From assembly GCA_030141605.1 (NCBI GenBank), contig JAQGDQ010000073.1, forward strand, positions 620,001-684,000: a stretch of 64,000 bases of DNA, given 5' to 3'. Below the pieces are notes generated by a model. That model was not told the origin of the DNA. It was given only the letters and a program-made list of their open reading frames with translations, and did no database searches. The stretch comes from Tubiluchus corallicola. Lineage: Eukaryota > Animalia > Priapulida. Made by a program: the position numbers and the translations under genes. Below, in pieces: positions 25,374-37,255 of the stretch. The stretch's first letter is position 1. Each line of letters begins with the position of its first letter.

Positions 25374-28300
25374 ATGAAGAAAGCTACACAATTGTTGCCT
25401 ATCAGGTTTGCTGCTTCAATGTCCATTGCAGCACAAGCTAGACCAATCGAAACATGCATTCGGAATAAACTTACATCAATGTTTCAGGTAAATTTATGAT
25501 TTAAGTTGTTTAGTTTCTTGATTATTATTAAACATTTTTTTCTTTAGTAATTATTTTGAAAGGATATTGATTGCTAGACATATTGTGCTACTACAGCCCT
25601 TAATGTTTGTAATTTGACGAGAGCTGCATCTTTAGAAAGATTACCCAAGTATCTCATTCCTATGTTAGTAAGTCTAAAAAGTCAACACTGTTGTATTAGC
25701 TTGATGCAGTGTCCTTTTCTTTGATAAAATGTTTTTTGGGTTTTTTGGATTGTTTTATAAATGTAAAAACTATTTATTTATTTTTATTCATTTATTTCAT
25801 TGATTTATTTGTACGTTTTATTTCGAACACACAACATTACTGCAATTCAATTTTTAGACACTCTGTTAAAGACAAGTACAAGGTGGCACAGAAAAAAATG
25901 TACCTAACTTTAGACTAAAATAACATTAGAAGCAAGTGCCTTACAAAGTTTAAATTTAACAGTATGCTCTTACAATACTTTTAGTTTTGGTGGTGATAGT
26001 TACAAGTTTTAATAGTTTTTAAGTTACGGTCATTGAGTTATTGCATGTTAAAATTTTAAATACTGGACAGTGTCAGCTAATCATCAATTCAAAAGCCAGG
26101 TTGATGTATAAAGACCTAAATGCATGGCAGCAAAACAATAAAAAAATCAACCAGTTTATTTCATAGTTTTTACAATTAAGATTGTTTTCACGATAAAAAG
26201 AGGGCTTAATTCTCTGGATCATGGTGTTTAGAATTCCCTTAACGAGAAAGCGTGTGACAGCTACACAGAGCCGTTTGATGCAGAAGGTCTAAATGCATAA
26301 ATTGTTGAGTATTGGATTCAAATGCCCCTTAAAGAAGCAAAAATTGTGGACACATAGAACACTTGCTATAAATTTTCAGTACCTAGTAACACAGTTTTTT
26401 TACGGCATTTATTTTTTGACTTGTTGTTTTATACTTCTGTATCTTATGAAAAAAATTAATTGAATGACGTAAAATTTTTATGCTTATATATATATCCGAT
26501 TGCTTGCATACATATATATCGGCATTTATAACATCAGTGTGGTAATATTTTTAGTGATTCCTTTATTTTCTTATAACATTGTGATCAAAATTTTGGCGCA
26601 TTTTTTTTGTGCTACCTGATATATTTATGATAAACAGTTATTGTTTTTATATTTCAATCCGGGTTTGTAAAATCAAATTCCACTACCAAGAAAATAATTA
26701 TTAGAAAATTTTATATCATTGTAGCAAGTAATTACTTTAGCAGGGTCAGTGATGTCCTTCTAATGTAGTGAATTGGTTCTGATGTCAAAAATTTCTTACT
26801 CTGTACTGTCTTTTGAGTGGATTTTTGAATTAGCTTTGTTTCCTTTTAGCCTGTTTACTTGGATGTGATAAATGAGAGTTATATGCACAGTGTTCCTAAA
26901 GGTACTTTTATTATTATCCATTTGTAAATTTAAGTTTAATTCAATGTTTTTAATGTAATTTTTTATTATTTTCCATGAGTTATGTATTTAGTTTTGTGTA
27001 GAGTGTAGAGTTTTCAGTGCACGAAAGTATAAACTGATAATTACACGTTTTATTTTTACTAGTTTCTAATTTGATATTGTGATTTAGAATAATTAAATTA
27101 GGAGTATTTTTTAGAAGATTGAGAACAAACTCAGAAGATTTTGCTTCCAATTTAATTGGGCAAATTGTTTTAGCTTCCAATTCGCTCCAAACAAAAATTT
27201 ATATGCCCTCCTTGAAATGTAGATTATTGGTTGATGGACCAAAGAGAAGATGTAATTTAATGTAAAATTTCTGATTGCCGTGACATAGTCTGTTACATAT
27301 TAGTTTCACTGGAAAACACGGATAAGGTGAGCCGTTGCACGTAAAACATATTTAACAGAACAAAAGAAAGCTTGGCATTGTCCTATACTGCGTATTGTCA
27401 CATTGTTGTCGCTTGTCATCTTTTTCTTTATTTGGGTGTCCATTGACGTAAAACCAGAGGATATAAATAATGCTGATTTGTGCTGCCAGCTGTGCCACAT
27501 TTGCTTGTTGTGTGACATTGTTTCTCTTTTTGCTGTATAAATTGAACTTTTATGTATGACCTACTGCAGTAATTGTTGCAATAATGATCTTGTGTAACTT
27601 TTAAACAGGTTCAGAGACTCACTTTAAAGTGGTAGTTGTTTCAGAAAAATTCCAAGGTCTTGTTCCATTAAAAGTAAGTAATTTAGCTTTGAATTTTACA
27701 TAGAAAACAGCTGAGATTTACTGGGTAACTTTTACTACAATTTAACAGCTACACAAATTACAAAAATGTCAAAATCTTTCTTGACATGCTATCATCATGA
27801 CTTCAAGACCATGTTTTATAAATGTAAAGGCTATGGAGAATAATAAACTGACTGGTTCAGAATGATTTGTTTATAATTGTATGCAATGTACAGATAATTA
27901 CTGCGACCTCTAGTTTATTCAGCAATTTGGATGCAAATACATTTTTTTGTAACCTTAGTTGTTATACTTTAGAGTAAAAACATATTCCACAATATTCGCA
28001 TACAATCAAGTCGAGATAGTAGAAGAGATAACTTTTTATATAATGAGTCTGGTTTAAATAGCTGGTCTTTGTTTGCAAAAATCTACTCTTACTCATATTG
28101 GCTTGGCATCTGTCTGGCAAAATCAGAGATGATAAATGAAGAAACGGCTCTTAGCCTATATTAAAATGAAATTACAAACTGCATAAGGAATATGGGATGG
28201 CTAAAATTAAATAAAGATTAGAATATTATTGGCAAAGGAAATAACTGAGGACATACTATAAATTTAAGTAGAAAATTACTTGCTAACTAACAGAATTGCT

Positions 28301-31300
28301 TTTAAATCAAAAGTTGCCATTATATGGGTCTTACAAAATTAAAACCCATTATTTACATTTAGAATGGTAATCATTACCAGCCAAGTAAATTAAACAGCCG
28401 TTAATGAAGGATTTTGTAAACAGTCGGGAGAAGTAGAGGATGAAAGACACTTTCCCCTAAACTGCTGTTAGATACAGTGAGCAAAGATTTGAGTTAAATG
28501 ATCTGCACCCTGGCGAATTTGTATTTCCTGTGAAATATAAAGATGTGGAGTTTTTAGCTAGAGTGTAATACTAAAATCTTAAACGTATGTTTTAAGGCTA
28601 AATCCTTGATGTGTATAGAGTATATCTTTCGTTTTGTATTTTTGCTTTGCATATGTGTTTAGCTTATTGTACATTGCACAGATGTAATTTATGTGCTTGC
28701 ATAGCAAAATCATCCGTAAGTCAGCTATTAAGCTCTTCCAGTTATTCACATATCTTGAATCTCCATTTCACGAGGATCACTTTGATTCTAAGCTCATCGC
28801 TCTATATTATTTCTAAGCTGAGATAATCCACGTTGAAGTTGAAGTTCATGCTGCGCACTGAAAAACATAATCTTGAGAAAATTGCTGTTAAAGTTAGCCA
28901 TTGTTTTTTTGTCGTGCTTATTCAAAACCCTTAGCAACAGCACTAATGTTGACTGCTATGGACTTTGCATGAACACGTTAAAGTTATGTTTAAATCTAGT
29001 AGATGGCTCTTCCTAACAAAGATCTGGGCTTGACAACAGAAAAAAACCCGAAACAAATGACTGCTTCCATTCGCTACAATCAGAGTTTGAAAATTGCACT
29101 ACGAGTTTCTAGCCAGAAAAGTGAGCACGGGGTTATAAAATCAGATTTTTAGTATTTTTTTAACATTTTCTTGATAATCTGATGCTAAAATATAAAGGTC
29201 CAATATATTTAGCATTTGTTTTTATAAAAAACAAAAAATTGACATTAGACCAGATTTTTGGTGCATTCTAGTTTGAAGCATCATAACCTAGTTTTTACTA
29301 TGCTGACTTATGGGCAGTTTTGGTATGCAAGCACACATTTAATGTTAGTTTTGATTGCTGACGTTGATGGATTTGCATAGTATTGTGTGTGTTACCGAAT
29401 AAATTATTGTTAAATTGCATGTGCTATAACAGAATTGCCAACATGCGCAGAAGCACTTTTAGCATCATGTTAGTTAAATGTTTTTCTTTCCATTACAGAG
29501 ACACAGGCTTGTAAATGATACTTTGAAAGAGGAGCTCACTCGTAGCGTTCATGCTCTGTCAATACAGGTACCCCTGAAGTCTTTTTAGTTGCAACAGTTT
29601 AATAAAGGGTGTTGGAAAGTGACAGCCATGTTATGAGTGCTCTGTTTTTGATGCTATCTATTGATGAAAATATTGAATCAGTGTCAGCTTGCACTATTTT
29701 AAAAAAAGTTACGCTGATTTTTTTCAAAGTAGCATAATTTTTGTGTCCATTGCATTACACTTGAAAAGTAAGAAGAAGCATATGTCACAAAAAAGCTTAT
29801 TTAAAATGTGTTAAAAAGATTAATTTGTTAGCCCAATATGAACTTGGCCTAGAACAATTTTGTAGCAATTTTACTATAGAATTCTTCAACTGTTTGAAAC
29901 TTTTAGCTCTAATTTGCTAATTGTCTAATTGTATTTATTTTCTGTTTAATACTTGCATAATTATACAAACTTGCTCTGTTTTGTATTGTAATAACTTAAG
30001 CTGTTTTTACTGCGACTAAGATAGTTGACTGTATATATGAAGAAAAATCACTTACCTCAAAAAATTTCTACAGAAGGTTTCTCAATGGTTTTTTACATAG
30101 TATCATGTGACACATATCAAAAGTTTACCAAAGTCAGATTGTTGGAAAGGCCTAATTTTTTAGATTGTGGCAAAGACAGCTGATAAATTGTGAAAGTGCT
30201 CATTTCTCCTTCAGTATTCCTCCTAGGTGAGCAATTATGATGCCTTATCCCAGTTTGCATATTTTTAAATTATAGTGAAATGATTACCTGATTGTGAATC
30301 TAAGATGTTCGACCAATAAGGTTGCTTAACTAGGAATATAAGCATTATTCTTTTTATATTTATCATAGACAATTGCCTTTATGATGCTTTGAGAATTGAG
30401 GAATCCTTCTTATACATTTAAATTATGCTGAAATGATTTTCAAAACGTAAAATCCAAGATGTCTGACCAGTATGGCTAAAAGCAATCAAAATGGCCAGTG
30501 ACTCTATTAATGCAAGTTTAAAACCTAAAAATTGGCTGGGCTTATGCCCTAACAGATCATATTGAACGTACACAATGGAAACCTACTTTTGCTTTTTATT
30601 TGTGAAGAACAGAATGGTTCATGGATACCAGCATAACATGCATATATCCATAATAAACTAAAGTGAGATTGTGACTGTCACAGTTTGTTTGACAGTGGTG
30701 AGTTTCATTTCGTATGTAAGGCTAGCTGAAAATCTGAAGACACTGTTACAACTGTATGATGACATTTACGTCTTCTATAGTGTATACTTGTGAATTTAGT
30801 AAAGCATGCTTTTTGGCTTAGCTAGGGCTTTAACCAGCTGCAAACAATTTATCCCTTGTTTTCCTACATTTTCAATAGTAGGAAACAGAACTGCACTTTG
30901 TGGGTATTCAGTGATACATTTTTACAAAAAGCATCTATGCATATTGATATATATCCTTAGACATCCATGCGTAATCTATGGATTACGGATTTGCGCCCCT
31001 GAAAAAATCCTACCCAACTGTCAGTTTCAGTGCAAAAACTGAGTTTATGGGGAGAAATGATGGCTTTCTTTTCAGACGCTGTAGCAATCAAGGACTCTTA
31101 ACCTTGTGAGTGGGGAACTGGCAGCACTGGGATAAATGCATGAAGGGGTTGAGATGTGGACATTGTAAAGGCTGCAAATTAAGCTCCACTCTTATGTGCA
31201 GGAGCCTCGATTTCATTTAGACAAGCCAGCAATTCCTAAAGCATACGACATCAGCAAAATGAAACAAGTCTCGTGTAGTGCTCACAATGCTATTTATTGA

Positions 31301-33211
31301 TGTGATACAACTTTACAGATTTTTAATGTTGGGCAAAGTCAGCATTCCAAAAAATTGTTGATAGTGAACCGACTGTACACGCTTGCACGAATGCATTTCT
31401 GCCCAAATCATGCAAATAATGTTATAGAAGTCTTGGGAAGCAAGGCAATGGTCATTTTGTTTCCTGCCAAGATTACCGATTTATTTGCTTCTTTGCATTG
31501 CGGCCTTTTTAAACAACACTATTTCTGTAAAGTCATTTCTTATGCCAGAATGTCTTTTTCCTCCAGAGTGCTCAACTAAATGTCATTGCCTTAAAGCTGA
31601 TTATAATATGGATCAGATTGGGATGAAAAATGGATAGTTATCTGTTTTCCTGTCCGTTATGACCAAGAAAACTGCTATCCCGGAGAGCATTCTTTAGTCT
31701 GTCCATTGTAAATGCAACCAACCATGGTGTAGTTGCAGAGGATGCAGATTGCCTTGCATTCATAGAACCCCAAAGCATTAGATTAAGTCCAAATTTCTTT
31801 ATCTATAATGAATATTGAATAGTAATGCACATTTTCATAGTTATCGAATATGTTTGTCGGCCATCTTGGATTTCACTATTTTCCAATCACGTCATCTTAA
31901 TTTAATTATGTAAAGTGGTTCCTCAATCTCCCAAAACAATGGGTTAGGCAACAAAATTCTTTGCTAACGAATACTGAAAGAACAATGGACATTTTGTAGT
32001 ATGGCTGTCATACTGATCCTCCATCTTGGATTTTGCAGTTTTGTAATCACTTTACTGTGATTTAAATATGTAAATTGGATTCTTCAGTTCCTAAAACATG
32101 TGTACCAAAATTACTTTCAAAGGACGGATAATAAAGGACTAATAAGCATTTTAGTATGGCTGTCATACTGATCCTCCATCTTGGATTTTGCAGTTTTGTA
32201 ATCACTTTACTGTGATTTAAATATGTAAATTGGATTCTTCAGTTCCTAAAACATGGGTACCAAAATTACTTTCAAAGGACGAATAATAAAGGAGTAATAA
32301 ACATTTTCCAGATTTAATGGCCGTCTTTGACACGGTCTTGAAAGTTAGGCATTTCCACTCGTCAGACTTTGGTAAACCTTTGGCATGTTATTAATCGCCC
32401 TGATACTGTATTGCTGTTGAAAAACCTTTGTGGCCATTTTTGGGTTCTAAGAATAAATCTACAATTGTTAAATTGTCATAACTGGAATTACTGCCTGTTA
32501 AAAAAGATTAAAAGATTGGTTAAAAAACTGAATAATGGTAGAATTATTCCATCATTCATTTAAATTTGTGGAGAGTTTAAAGTGTACATATAGTTAATAT
32601 AGTTAAAGGACAAGAAAATGGCTAACCGAAGTAAGCCTCAGAAAATTCGCAATAAAAAATAATATCACCTAAGTGCAATCTTAAGCGAATAAAGTACTCA
32701 CGTTTGCGCATTTACTCCAATTTTTGTGAAATATTTCAACCGCTGCAGTAAACGTTGGCGCAGACATGTTTCATTTAGTCTGCCAATTGAAAAGCCAGCA
32801 TGTGACGTGGCATGACATCACTTGAACACAGTCTCGCAGTGAGTTCTGAGCATGTGTGCCATAAAGATTTGTGTTATGGTTCTGTGACGCCATCTAATAT
32901 GGCACCGCCGTGACAGTCTCTCGGGAGTATTTAAAATGAAAACAAATAAGAAATTCTTTTAACGTGAGTATGATAAACGCTTAAGATTGTCTCTAACCAT
33001 TATAATTCTTTAGCGAAACTTTTCTGAGACTAGTTTTAACTAGGCCTTTTCTCATCCTTTAAGTGTCTAATTCTCAGCACCTTTTTTGTAACACTATAAA
33101 ATTTTATGAAATTTTATCCTTGTATTGCAGGCAAAGACACCGGAACAGTGGGAGGCATCAGATAAGAAAGTTGAGAGTTCTCCAGCTTGTGGGGGAGGCT
33201 TTGGAAAATAA
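25374..33211 (+). CDS. BOLA1: BolA-like protein 1 (mitochondrial Fe-S/glutaredoxin partner); exons 25374-25487, 26850-26901, 27609-27673, 29499-29567, 33131-33211 (126 aa)
   Basis: Spliced product: MKKATQLLPIRFAASMSIAAQARPIETCIRNKLTSMFQ|PVYLDVINESYMHSVPKG|SETHFKVVVVSEKFQGLVPLK|RHRLVNDTLKEELTRSVHALSIQ|AKTPEQWEASDKKVESSPACGGGFGK*. All introns are GT-AG with consistent phases. BolA1 hallmarks NES..H.VP.GSETHF, RHRLV, HAL.IQAKTP.QW and SP.C.GG are present. Confidence 0.95.
28020..28600 (+). mobile_element. Degenerate LINE 3' region (RTEX-like) in BolA1 intron 3
   Basis: Frameshifted pieces STLTHIGLASVWQNQ and GEVEDERHFPLNC resemble the GF..VW..Q and EDE.HF...C motifs of LINE ORF2 C-termini. Confidence 0.5.
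30040..32460 (+). mobile_element. Decayed Academ(X)-like DNA transposon with long inverted arms and ~155-bp subterminal tandem units, in BolA1 intron 4
   Basis: The left arm (30110 ACATATCAAAAGTTTACCAAAGTCAGATTGTTGGAAAGGCCTAA...) is the diverged reverse complement of the right arm (...TTAGGCATTTCCACTCGTCAGACTTTGGTAAACCTTTGGCATGT, about 32388). Internal frameshifted coding remnant at 31301-31760: CDTTLQIFNVG, AFQKIVDSEPTVHACTNAFL, KSFLMPECLFPPECSTKCHCLK, MTKKTAIPESIL*SVHCKC..WCSCRGCRLPC (XPG-like H3TH motif plus Cys-rich finger). Confidence 0.7.
31855..32307. repeat. Tandem ~155-bp units: two near-identical copies starting at 31997 and 32152, plus one diverged copy upstream
   Basis: TAGTATGGCTGTCATACTGATCCTCCATCTTGGATTTTGCAG... 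is repeated with period 155; inverted homologous units lie at about 30259-30480. Confidence 0.9.
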
Positions 33212-33757
33212 ATGTGTCGGCAGTAAAAGTGTCGAATGACTTTTCCCGTGATGTGTCACTTATAAATACTGTGTGAATTGATCCCGTGAATAGAAACAAT
33301 GAGTTTGTACAATTTACAATGACTTGTTTTAATTTGGCTTTGATGGAGTTTTATCAGGAAGGTTGAGTCTTTAACTGTCAATTTGTGTTTTAGTAAGTAG
33401 GTAATCATTTAGTAATGTCTTATTTAATGATGATTAGTTTTAACAAGATGAAGTTTTATGTCCATGTTCTTTTCGTAACGATCAAGTCTATTGAATTAAC
33501 TCGAATTTTTTATCATATTTGAAACGTTAAATTTTTACTCATGTTGACATGTCTAAAAGCAGCTATTTACGCATATGTCAGGCTAATGTAATTTGAGTAA
33601 TATGACATAATTTGTTCCTCATATATAACTCTATACGGTTGTCATGTGCAAATTTTTCAATAGCATGTGAATTTTGTGAGTTAATTCCATGTGAAATTAC
33701 TTTGTTTACCTTTAATAGTGTTATTTACACTAGTAGAAGAATTCTTCACGAGTAAAC

Positions 33758-35362
33758 ATGACTAGCTTAAAACAGAAAAGGAGAACCATAACATTAGAAA
33801 CCAAACTTGAAATTTTAAAGCGGTTTGATTCCGGAGATAGAGCAGTTGACATCAGTAGGGCATTTGGTTTACCTCAGTCAACTGTTAAGTGTATTCGTAA
33901 TAGTGCAGAAAAAATTAAAGCGAGTGAAAAGAGTGCTATACCAGCTGGTGCTGCTAGGTTAACCAGAATAAGAAGTGCAACAATTGAAAGAGTCGAGAAA
34001 TTGCTTTCACTTTGGATAGATGACCATTCTCAACGTGCAGTCCCGCTTAGTACCAGTGTCATTCAGGCTAAAGCACTAAGTTTGTTTAAAGATGTTCAGA
34101 CGAAGGAAGGGATAGGATCTCAAGAAGAAACGTTCAGTGCAAGTCGGGGGTGGCTTCATCGCTTCAAACAACGCTACTATTATCGTAGCATTAAAGTAGA
34201 TAGTGAAGCAGCCAGTGCAGATGCTGATGTAACACAGAAGTTTGCAGAAGAGCTCAAGACTATCATTGAAGAAGGTGGGTATTCAAGCAAGCAAGTGTTC
34301 AATGTCGACGAGACTGGGCTGTTTTGGAAAAAAATGCCCTGTTGCACATACATATCATGTGAAGAAAAAACAGCACCTGGATTTAAAGCAGAAAGAGACA
34401 AACTGACGTTACTCCTGGGTGGAAATGCAGCCGGAGACATGAAAATGAAACCACTTTTGGTGTATCACTCGGCAAACCCACGAGCATTGAAGGGTTATTC
34501 AAAAGACCATTTACCTGTAATTTGGCGACATAACAAGAAAGCAAGGATGACAGGCAAAATTTTTTGTGAATGGCTGAGTGTGTATGCTATCCCAGCATGG
34601 AAAGAATACTGTACTCAACAGAACATAGATTTCAAAATTCTTTTGCTTATTGACAGTGCACCTTCACATCCAATAAATCTTGACGATCTTTGTGACAATG
34701 TAAAGATTGTCTTCCTGCCGCCAAATATTACAACATCAGTGCAGCCAATGGAACAAGGTGCAATAGCTGCTTTCAAAGCGTACTATCTCCATCACCTTTT
34801 TGTGCAATTAATTACTGCAACTGATGGTGAAGATAAGCCGACTATCCGGTTTTACTGGCGAGCATACAACATTTTACACAGCCTGGATAACATAAAAGAA
34901 GCATGGGCTTCAGTTAGTGCAGTGCTCATGAATGGTGTGTGGCTGAAGTTATGGCCAGAGTGTGTGACAAAAACAATGCAAGAGGATGCTGTTTCATCAA
35001 TAAATGAAGAGACACTGCAATTGGCAAAACTTGCAGGTTTTAGCAGTTTGGAAAGACATGATATAGAAGAAGTGCTGGAATCTCATGAAGAAGAATTGAC
35101 TAATGAAGAGCTGCTAGAATTAGAAGAACATAAGGCTGTCCTGCAAGAAGATGATGACTCGGATCCTGAGCCACAGCGCACATTAACCTTGAGTCGTCTG
35201 AGTGAAGCTTTCAAGAGTATTGACACTGCTATGGAAATTTTTTGCGAAGATGATCCAAATAGAGAGCGAAGTTCAAAAGTGTGCCACAACATTGCTGATG
35301 CCTTACATTGCTATAAAGAAATATTCACTGAAAAAAAGAAAAAAATGTTTCAATCGACTTGA
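33758..35362 (+). CDS. Tigger/pogo transposase-derived protein (TIGD1/CENP-B-like: HTH_psq, CENP-B HTH, DDE_1), probably domesticated
   Basis: Intact 534-aa ORF with KRRTITLETKLEILKR, FSASRGWLHRFKQRY, QVFNVDETGLFWKKMP, LLLIDSAPSHP and FLPPNITTSVQPMEQG. Confidence 0.93.
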   Translation: MTSLKQKRRTITLETKLEILKRFDSGDRAVDISRAFGLPQSTVKCIRNSAEKIKASEKSAIPAGAARLTRIRSATIERVEKLLSLWIDDHSQRAVPLSTSVIQAKALSLFKDVQTKEGIGSQEETFSASRGWLHRFKQRYYYRSIKVDSEAASADADVTQKFAEELKTIIEEGGYSSKQVFNVDETGLFWKKMPCCTYISCEEKTAPGFKAERDKLTLLLGGNAAGDMKMKPLLVYHSANPRALKGYSKDHLPVIWRHNKKARMTGKIFCEWLSVYAIPAWKEYCTQQNIDFKILLLIDSAPSHPINLDDLCDNVKIVFLPPNITTSVQPMEQGAIAAFKAYYLHHLFVQLITATDGEDKPTIRFYWRAYNILHSLDNIKEAWASVSAVLMNGVWLKLWPECVTKTMQEDAVSSINEETLQLAKLAGFSSLERHDIEEVLESHEEELTNEELLELEEHKAVLQEDDDSDPEPQRTLTLSRLSEAFKSIDTAMEIFCEDDPNRERSSKVCHNIADALHCYKEIFTEKKKKMFQST

Positions 35363-35514
35363 GCATAATTTAGATGCATCGCTGCATGTCGAATGTCTAT
35401 ATTAAACATATGTGTAAGTCATATTATCATGCTTATTATGGTTATTATCTTATTATGATCTTTATTAAGTCATGTTATGTCGTGCCGTAAAGTCGATCAG
35501 TCATGAGTTGCATA

Positions 35515-35541
35515 GATCGTAAGTCGATGAGATTGCCTGTC
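35515..35541 (-). repeat. Remnant Tigger-type right terminal inverted repeat
   Basis: The reverse complement CAGGCAATCTCATCGACTTACGATC resembles Tigger-like TIRs (CAGG...CGACTTACGA). It is flanked by TC rather than TA, and no matching left TIR was seen upstream. Confidence 0.5.
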
Positions 35542-36620
35542 CTAGAATAATAAGTGTGGAATAAAAGAAGTCGACTGAGACTGTTGAAGACGTTGGCAAT
35601 GTTATTGCTATCTTGGCTTACAGAGGGTAAAGAAATCCAATGTATGCACTGAGCTGTGTTATAAGCAAACTCTGTGCAAGTTATAAAGTCGCTACATTAT
35701 TTTATTGTAACAGTGTATATTTATAGTTTTTATGTAGTCTAAAATTGCATAAGTGTTTCCGACTTTAGAGTTTTCAACAGTAATGTAATTGAGTTGGTTA
35801 GGCACTGAACTCAAAACTGCCCTGTCTGTGGTCCAGATTTCATGTTGTGTTGTCTTAAAAGAAATGTTGTTGTTACGTGTTTCATTGAAAGATATTTGTT
35901 GTTTATTTTGTAACACTGTTATTAGTATATTAGTGAATTGTGATTTGTTGTGTTGTTCTGCATCTGTGTATAAGCGTGTTCTTCAAGAATAACCATTATT
36001 TTGTGAAAACAGACACCTGAACCGATTTAGTATTGAAGAAAGTTGTCAAAACTAGTTCAAAACGAATGTAGGTAATAAACTTTACAGTATTATTAAAATT
36101 TGAAATATTATCTTCGACTTTTTGTTCAATGAAATAATCAGGGTTCTATTACTGTGTTTTTTCCAGTACTACCGATATCAAGTTAAAATGTATTTTACTC
36201 GAGTGATGTAGACCTGTGTAGCTCTAAAGTTTTAGTAAATTACCGCGCGATGGAGCCACGTACATGTATGTGTATAATTATAGTACTAGTTGATTTTTGT
36301 GTAGAACATACTACACGACTAAATGTATGGGGGCGCTCAGTTGCCGTCTTAGCAGAGAAAACTGCACGTATGTTCCTATGTATATGCACAAGCGGATCGG
36401 CTAAATGAATAATAATAAAATTGGCCCGATGTGCGTTTCCATAAATTCAATTTATTTTTCATTTATCATTTTTTTGTATATTAACTTTTAGCGACTACGT
36501 GCTATCCCATAAAGTGTATGTTAGCAAGGCTGGACTTAGTTTTGATTGTTTTTTTGCTGGCTAATCTTGTTCGCTCCACATAAGTTGTCTAAAAGCTGGT
36601 TAAAATCATCCAAGTATTTA

Positions 36621-37227
36621 TCGCGGCGAGATCAAAGGTTTTCACTCGCTTGAAGTTTTACAGATAAACAGTAATAATGTTTCACTAATAAACACTGATT
36701 AGATAGAAAAGATGAAGTTTGTGACTTTAGGGTGTTAAAATTGGTGTTTATATTAGCAGCGGGTGTGGCAACAAAATATTTTTAGGCTGTAAGTAAACTA
36801 TTTTTGAAATTAATGAATTAATTAAAACTCTGACATTGCCAAAGTGACATTGGGAAATCAACGCAGCCAGCGTGTCAGGGTTAGAGATGAAAATAACAAA
36901 GCATGGGTCTTGATTTGATGTTCTGGGTGCTGTTAAGATGAGCTGACGGCAGGAAAGCTAAATGTTTTGCTGAAATCCCACCTTCTCACTGAGCAACTCC
37001 AACTACTTTGATTGGCACTTGATCAAGTAACTTGTCAATCAAAAATGATGGCTTTGTGCTTAAGTTTGTATTCTCCGCCGCTGGGTGATGCTGCCAAAAT
37101 AATCGCGTGCTGTGATTGGTTGAGTAGGCGGCGGAACTGACGACACGCGCAGTAGAGAGATAGCTCCATGGCTGCGTGTAGGGTCTGTAAAAGGTTTATT
37201 CCGACTTTGAACAGTGAATATCAAAGT
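36621..37227 (+). promoter_or_regulatory. TCF promoter/5'UTR with clustered TCF-binding (Wnt-response) motifs, a CCAAT box and GC-rich Helper-like motifs
   Basis: GCGGCG-AGATCAAAGG at 36623-36638; CTTTGAT at 37006-37012; ATTGG at 37115; GGCGGCGG at 37127; CTTTGAA at 37205 and ATCAAAG at 37220. Confidence 0.6.
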
Positions 37228-37255
37228 TTGTTAAACGTAAGTAACTCCTTGCATC

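Noticed and set aside
31855-32307. Repeat array considered as CRISPR
   Set aside because: Contiguous 155-bp tandem units without spacers, in a eukaryotic context with no cas genes.
34180-35405. Antisense and shifted ORFs inside the Tigger ORF
   Set aside because: Shadow ORFs with no independent motifs.
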